DNA from: Mobula hypostoma
Lineage: Eukaryota
Assembly: GCF_963921235.1 (NCBI RefSeq)
Contig: NC_086097.1
Span: 256,062,001-256,126,000 of the forward strand
Reading direction: 5' to 3'
Length of the DNA stretch: 64,000 nucleotides
Under the pieces are notes generated by a model that had not been told where the DNA came from, did not search any database, and saw only the letters and a list, made by a program, of their open reading frames with translations. Both the position numbers and the translations under genes were made by a program. Shown piece after piece: positions 59,242 to 64,000 of the stretch; positions within the stretch are counted from its first letter, which is position 1; the number at the start of each line of letters is the position of its first letter.

Positions 59242-59749
59242 CATGCAGTGGGCACTTTATTAGGTATAGGAGTGGAACCCAGTGTGGTCTTGGGCTGCTG
59301 TAGCCCATCTTCTTCAAAGTTCAATGTGTTGTGCATTCAGGGATGCTTTTCTGCATGCCACTGTTGTAACATGTGGTTATTTGAGTTACTGTCAACTGGC
59401 CATTCTCCTGACCTCTCTCATTAACAAGGCACTTTCACCCACAGAAAAGCTGCTCACTGCATTTTTTTTGTTTTTGCACCATTCTCTGCAGACTGTTGTG
59501 TGTGAAAATCCCAGGAGATCAGTGGTTTCTGAGATACTCAAACAACCCCGACCGACACCAACAATCATTCCACGGTCAAAGTCACAGATCACATTTCTTC
59601 CCATTTCTCATGTTTGGTCTGAACAACAACTGAACCTCTTGACCATGCCAGCATGAATTTATGCATTGAGCTGCTGTCACATGACTAGCTGATTAGATAT
59701 TTGCATTAATGAGGTGTATAGGTGTACCTGATAAAGTGGACACTGAGTG
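59242..59749 (-). mobile_element. Non-autonomous Tc1 derivative (508 bp)
   Basis: TA-flanked TIRs catgcagtgggcactttattaggta and tacctgataaagtggacactgagtg; HTH remnant DFDRGMIVG…SISET..LLGFSHTTV. Confidence 0.82.
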
Positions 59750-60204
59750 TACATTGCTGTTTCACACAACTTTAATGCAGAATTAGTTTCATAGTTAAAC
59801 AACAAAATTTATTAAAATAGACTAGCAAGTCATTGTTTTTTTTCAATTTTTTTGGTTTGTCATTATGAATGGAAAGTCCTAAGCTAACAGCAACATGCTC
59901 TCTGCTTTATCTTTCAGACTCCATTTGCCAATCAATCTCTGCTCGCTTGGATCTGCCTGTCAATTGCCAGCACTTGCCTCACCCTTCCCCATCAATTCGA
60001 GCACATCTCACACAACCTCTCATAGTCCCAAAACACATTCAACACAATCAAGAGTCATAGTCATAGAAAAGTACAGCACAGAAACAGGCCCTTTAGCCCA
60101 TCTAGTCCATGTCAAACCATTTAAACTGCCTACTCTCATCGACCTGCATCGGGACAATAGCCCTCCATACCCCTACTATCCATGCATCTATCCAAACTTC
60201 ACTT

Positions 60205-63200
60205 CACTTCTTCGAGTGCAAGAAGGACGAGACTGCGCAGGCGCGTGACGTAACAGGACAGCGCGGAGAGTTTAAAAAGGAGACCACTGGGCAGCAGTCG
60301 GAGCGGGCAGCGGAGTGAGTGGCAGCAGAGTGTAGGGCTTTGGCGGTAACGGGAAGAGGCGAGAGCGAAGCACCAACTCTTTTTCTCCCCCTTGGTGAAT
60401 CGGCCCGGACAGACAGGAACAGCAGGGCTCACACAGCTAACGGTACGAGCTAACCGTTTAAAAAGTTTGTGTGTTTGTCGAGGTAAGTGGGTGAGTAGAC
60501 TTATTTTTCCTGCTTCATTCCTGTAGAATTAGATAGCGTGCCTGCAGGGTTAGTGCTTTGTTCAGGGTGTCAGATGTGGGAATCCTGGGAGACCTCGACT
60601 GTGTTAGGGATCTGGAGCTGCAGTTTGATGACCTACTGCTTATCAGGGAAAGTGAAGAGGTGATAGACAGGAGCTACAGGGAGATAGTCATCCCGATGCT
60701 ACAGGGGTCAGAAAACTGGGTGACTGTCAGGAGAGGGAAGGAAAATGCCAGATAGTGGAGAGCACCCCTGTGGCTGTCCCCCTCAGCAACAAATATCTTG
60801 TTCTGGATGCTGTTGAGGGGGATGACCTGACAGGGGCTGGCCACGGTGACCTGGTCTCTGGCACTGAGCCTGGCACTGTTGTGCAGGAGGGAAGGAGGGA
60901 GAGGAGGAATGCGGTAGTCATAGGGGATTCCATAGTCAGGGGAACAGACAAGAGATTCTGTGAACCTGATAGAGATACCCGCATGGTGTGTTGCCTCCCA
61001 GGTGCCAGGGTATGGGATGTCTCGGATCGGGTCCAGAATATTCTGAAGGGAAAGGGCGAGCAGCCAGTTGTCTTGGTACATGTTGGTACCAATGACATAG
61101 ATAGGAGAAGGGAGGAAGTCCTGAAGAGAGATTTCCGGGAGTTAGGAAGGAAGCTGAGAAGCAGGATCCCCAGGGTAGTAATCTCGGGATTGCTACCTGT
61201 GCCATGTGCTAGTGAGGGCAAGAATAGTAGGATCAGGCAGATGAATGCGTGGCTGAGAAACTGGTGCAGGGGGCAGGGCTTCAGATTCTTGGATCATTGG
61301 GATCTCTTCTGGGGGAAGTATGACCTGTTCAAAATGGATGGGTTACACCTGAACCCGAAGGGGACCAATATCCTGGCGGGAAGGTTTAATAGAGCTGTTA
61401 GGGAGGGTTTAAATAATTTGGCAGGGGGTGGGAACCGGAATGATAGAGCGGAGGAAGTGGAAAACAGAAATAAATCTAAGATAGTGAACAGTAAAGATGT
61501 CAGGAAAGACAGGCAGGTGATGGGGCAAATTTGTAGCCATTGGGATGAGTTGCAGTGCAATAAAGTTGCAGTACCAAATACTGGTCTTAAGGTGTTATAC
61601 TTAAATGCATGCAGCATAAAGGAATAAGGTGGATGAACTTGTCATACAGCTACAGATTAGCAGGTATGATATTATGGCCATCACTGAGACCTGGCTAAAG
61701 GATGCATGTCTCTGGGAGATGAACGTCCAAGGATACACGGTGTATCGGAAGGATAGGAAGGTAGGCAGAGGGGGAGGCGTGGCTTTATTGGTAAGAAATG
61801 ATATTAAATCATTAGAAAGAGGTGACATAGGATCGAAGATGCAGTATCTTTATGGGTTGAGCTAAGAAATCGCAGGGGTAAAAGGACCCTGATGACAGTT
61901 ATATACAGGCCTCCAAACAGTTGCAGCGATGTGCACTACAAATTACAACAGGAAATAGAAAAGGTTTGTCAGAAGGGCAGTGTTATGATAATTGTGGGGG
62001 ATTTTAACATGCCAGTGGATTGGGAAAATCAGGTCGGCACTGGATCTCAAGAGAGAGAATTTGTCGAATGTCTGCGAAATGGCTTTTTAGAACAGCTTGT
62101 TGTTGAGCCCAATAGGGGATCGGCTCTACTGGATTGGGTATTGTGTAATGAACTGGAGGTGATTAGAGAGATTGAGGTGAAGGAACCCTGAAGTGATCAT
62201 AACATGATTGAGTTCACTGTGAAATTAGAAAAAGAGAAGCCGAAATCTGATGTGTCGGTATTTCAGTGGAGTAAAGGAAATTACAGTGGCGTGAGAGAGG
62301 AACTGGCTAAAGTTGACTGGAAAGGAACACTGGTGGGAAGGACGGCAGAGCAGCAGTGGCTGGAGTTTATGCAAGAAGTGAGGAAGGTGCAAGACAGGTA
62401 TATTCTGAAAAAGAAGAAATTTTCGAACGGAAAAAGGATGCAACAAGAGAAGTCAAAGCCAAAGTTAAAGCAAAGGAGAGGGCAAACAAGGAAGCAAAAA
62501 TTAGTTGGAAGACAGAGGATTGGGAAGTTTTTAAAACCTTACAAAAGGAAACCAAGAAGGTCATTAAGAGGGAAAAGATGAACTATGAAAGGAAGCTAGC
62601 TAATAATATCAAAGAGGATACTAAAAGCTTTTTCAAGTATATAAAGAGTAAAAGACAGGTGAGAGTACTTATAGCACTGATAGAAAATGATGCTGGAGAA
62701 ATTGTAATGGGAGATAAGGAGATGGCGGAGGAACTGAACGAGTATTTTGCATCAGTCTTCACTGAGAAAGACATCAGTAGTATACCGGACACTCAAGGGT
62801 GGCAGGGAAGAGAAGTGTGCGCAGTCACAATTACGACAGAGAAAGTACTCAGGAAGCTGAATAGGCTAAAGGTAGATAAATCTCCTGGACCAGATGGAAT
62901 GCACCCGCGTGTTCTGAAGGAAGTAGCTGTGGAGATTGTGGAGATTGCGGAGGCATTAGCGATGATCTTTCAAAAGTTGATAGATTCTGGCATGGTTCCG
63001 GAGGACTGGAAGATTGCAAATGTCACTCCGCTATTTAAGAAGGGGGCAAGGAAGCAAAAAGGAAATTATAGACCTGTTAGCTTGACATTGGTGGTTGGGA
63101 AGTTGTTGGAGTGGATTGACAACGATGAGGTTACATAGAACATAGAATAGTATAGCACAATACAGGCCCTTCGGCCCACAATGTTGTGCCAACCCTCAAA

Positions 63201-64000
63201 CCCTGCCTCCCATATAAGCCCCCAACTTAAATTCCTCCATATACCTGTCCAGTAGTCTCTTAAACTTCACTAGTGTATCTGCCTCCACCACTGACTCAGG
63301 CAGTGCATTCCACGCACCAACCACTCTCCGAGTAAAAAACCTTCCTCTAATATCCCCCTTGAACTTTTCACCCCTTACCTTAAAGCCATGTCCTCTTGTA
63401 TATAACAGTGGTGCCCTGGGGAAGAGGCACTGGCTATCCACTCTATCTATTCCTCTTATTATCTTGTACACTTCTATCATGTCTCCTCTCATCCTCCTTC
63501 TCTCCAAAGAGTAAAGCCCTAGCTCCCTTAAGGAGTACCTGGAGGCATGACAAGAGAGGCAGAACTCAGCATGGTTTCCTTAAAGGAAAATCCTGCCTGA
63601 CAAATCTATTTCAATTTTTTGAGGAAATTACCAGTAGGCTAGACAAGGGAGATGCAGTGGATGTTGTATATTGGATTTTCAGAAGGCCTTTGACAAGGTG
63701 CCACACATGAGGCTACTTAACAAGATAAGAGCCCACGGAATTACAGGAAAGTTACATACGTGGATAGAGCGTTGGCTGATTGGTAGGAAACAGAGAGTGG
63801 GAATAAAGGGATCCTATTCTGGTTGGCTGCCAGTTACCAGTGGTGTTCCACAGGGGTCCTTGTTGGGGCCACTTCTTTTTACGTTGTACATCAACGATTT
63901 GGATTATGGAATAGATGGCTTTGTGGCTAAGTTTGCTGATGATACGAAGATAAGTGGAGGGGCCGGTAGTGCTGAGGAAACAGAGAATCTGCAGAGAGAC
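60205..64000 (+). mobile_element. CR1 with 5' UTR, ORF1 and ORF2 (subfamily C-type ORF2), decayed, running off the window end
   Basis: CpG-rich UTR; ORF1 60755.. (GDS…GTND…DGLHLN); EN 61560-62200; RT FADD at about 63933. Confidence 0.88.
63133..63530 (-). mobile_element. CR1 subfamily A short 3' fragment inserted in the subfamily-C RT
   Basis: ORF 63196..63507 ends …MGGRV; the host sequence gaggttaca|gagtacc resumes at about 63532 (compare 26944-26960). Confidence 0.88.

Noticed and set aside
228..63710. Numerous 60-170-aa ORFs antisense to CR1 ORF2 (Ser/Leu/Pro/His-rich)
   Set aside because: Shadow frames of the LINE coding strand, recurring only because the repeat recurs.

Overview
Eukaryotic (vertebrate) genomic DNA, most likely from a cartilaginous fish such as a ray or shark; this is inferred from the repeat complement. 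Three coding exons of AVL9 lie on the minus strand (58771-58905, 43704-43923, 22556-22673), with canonical AG/GT splice sites and compatible phases. They are separated by introns of about 14.8 kb and 21.0 kb, and a further intron runs more than 22 kb off the window start. By eye, about 90% or more of the window is nested transposable-element debris. It includes at least five CR1-clade LINE subfamilies (none intact), Rex1/Babar fragments, a complete but interrupted IR/DR-type Tc1 (DD34E), other Tc1 remnants, a hAT deletion derivative with a perfect 8-bp TSD, a deleted Gypsy provirus with a PNMA-like Gag, two solo LTRs, an RTE-like non-autonomous insert, a V-SINE fragment and four Penelope-like (PLE) pieces. 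The most notable unannotated signal is a set of four minimal type-I hammerhead ribozyme motifs in the PLE termini. One has an intact core in the sense orientation of the AVL9 pre-mRNA, and one marks the start of a 133-bp insertion with a 14-bp TSD. No prokaryotic systems, CRISPR arrays, rRNA or tRNA genes were seen. Repeat boundaries were read by eye and are approximate unless a TSD or TIR is quoted. CR1 subfamily letters A-E are labels used only here.
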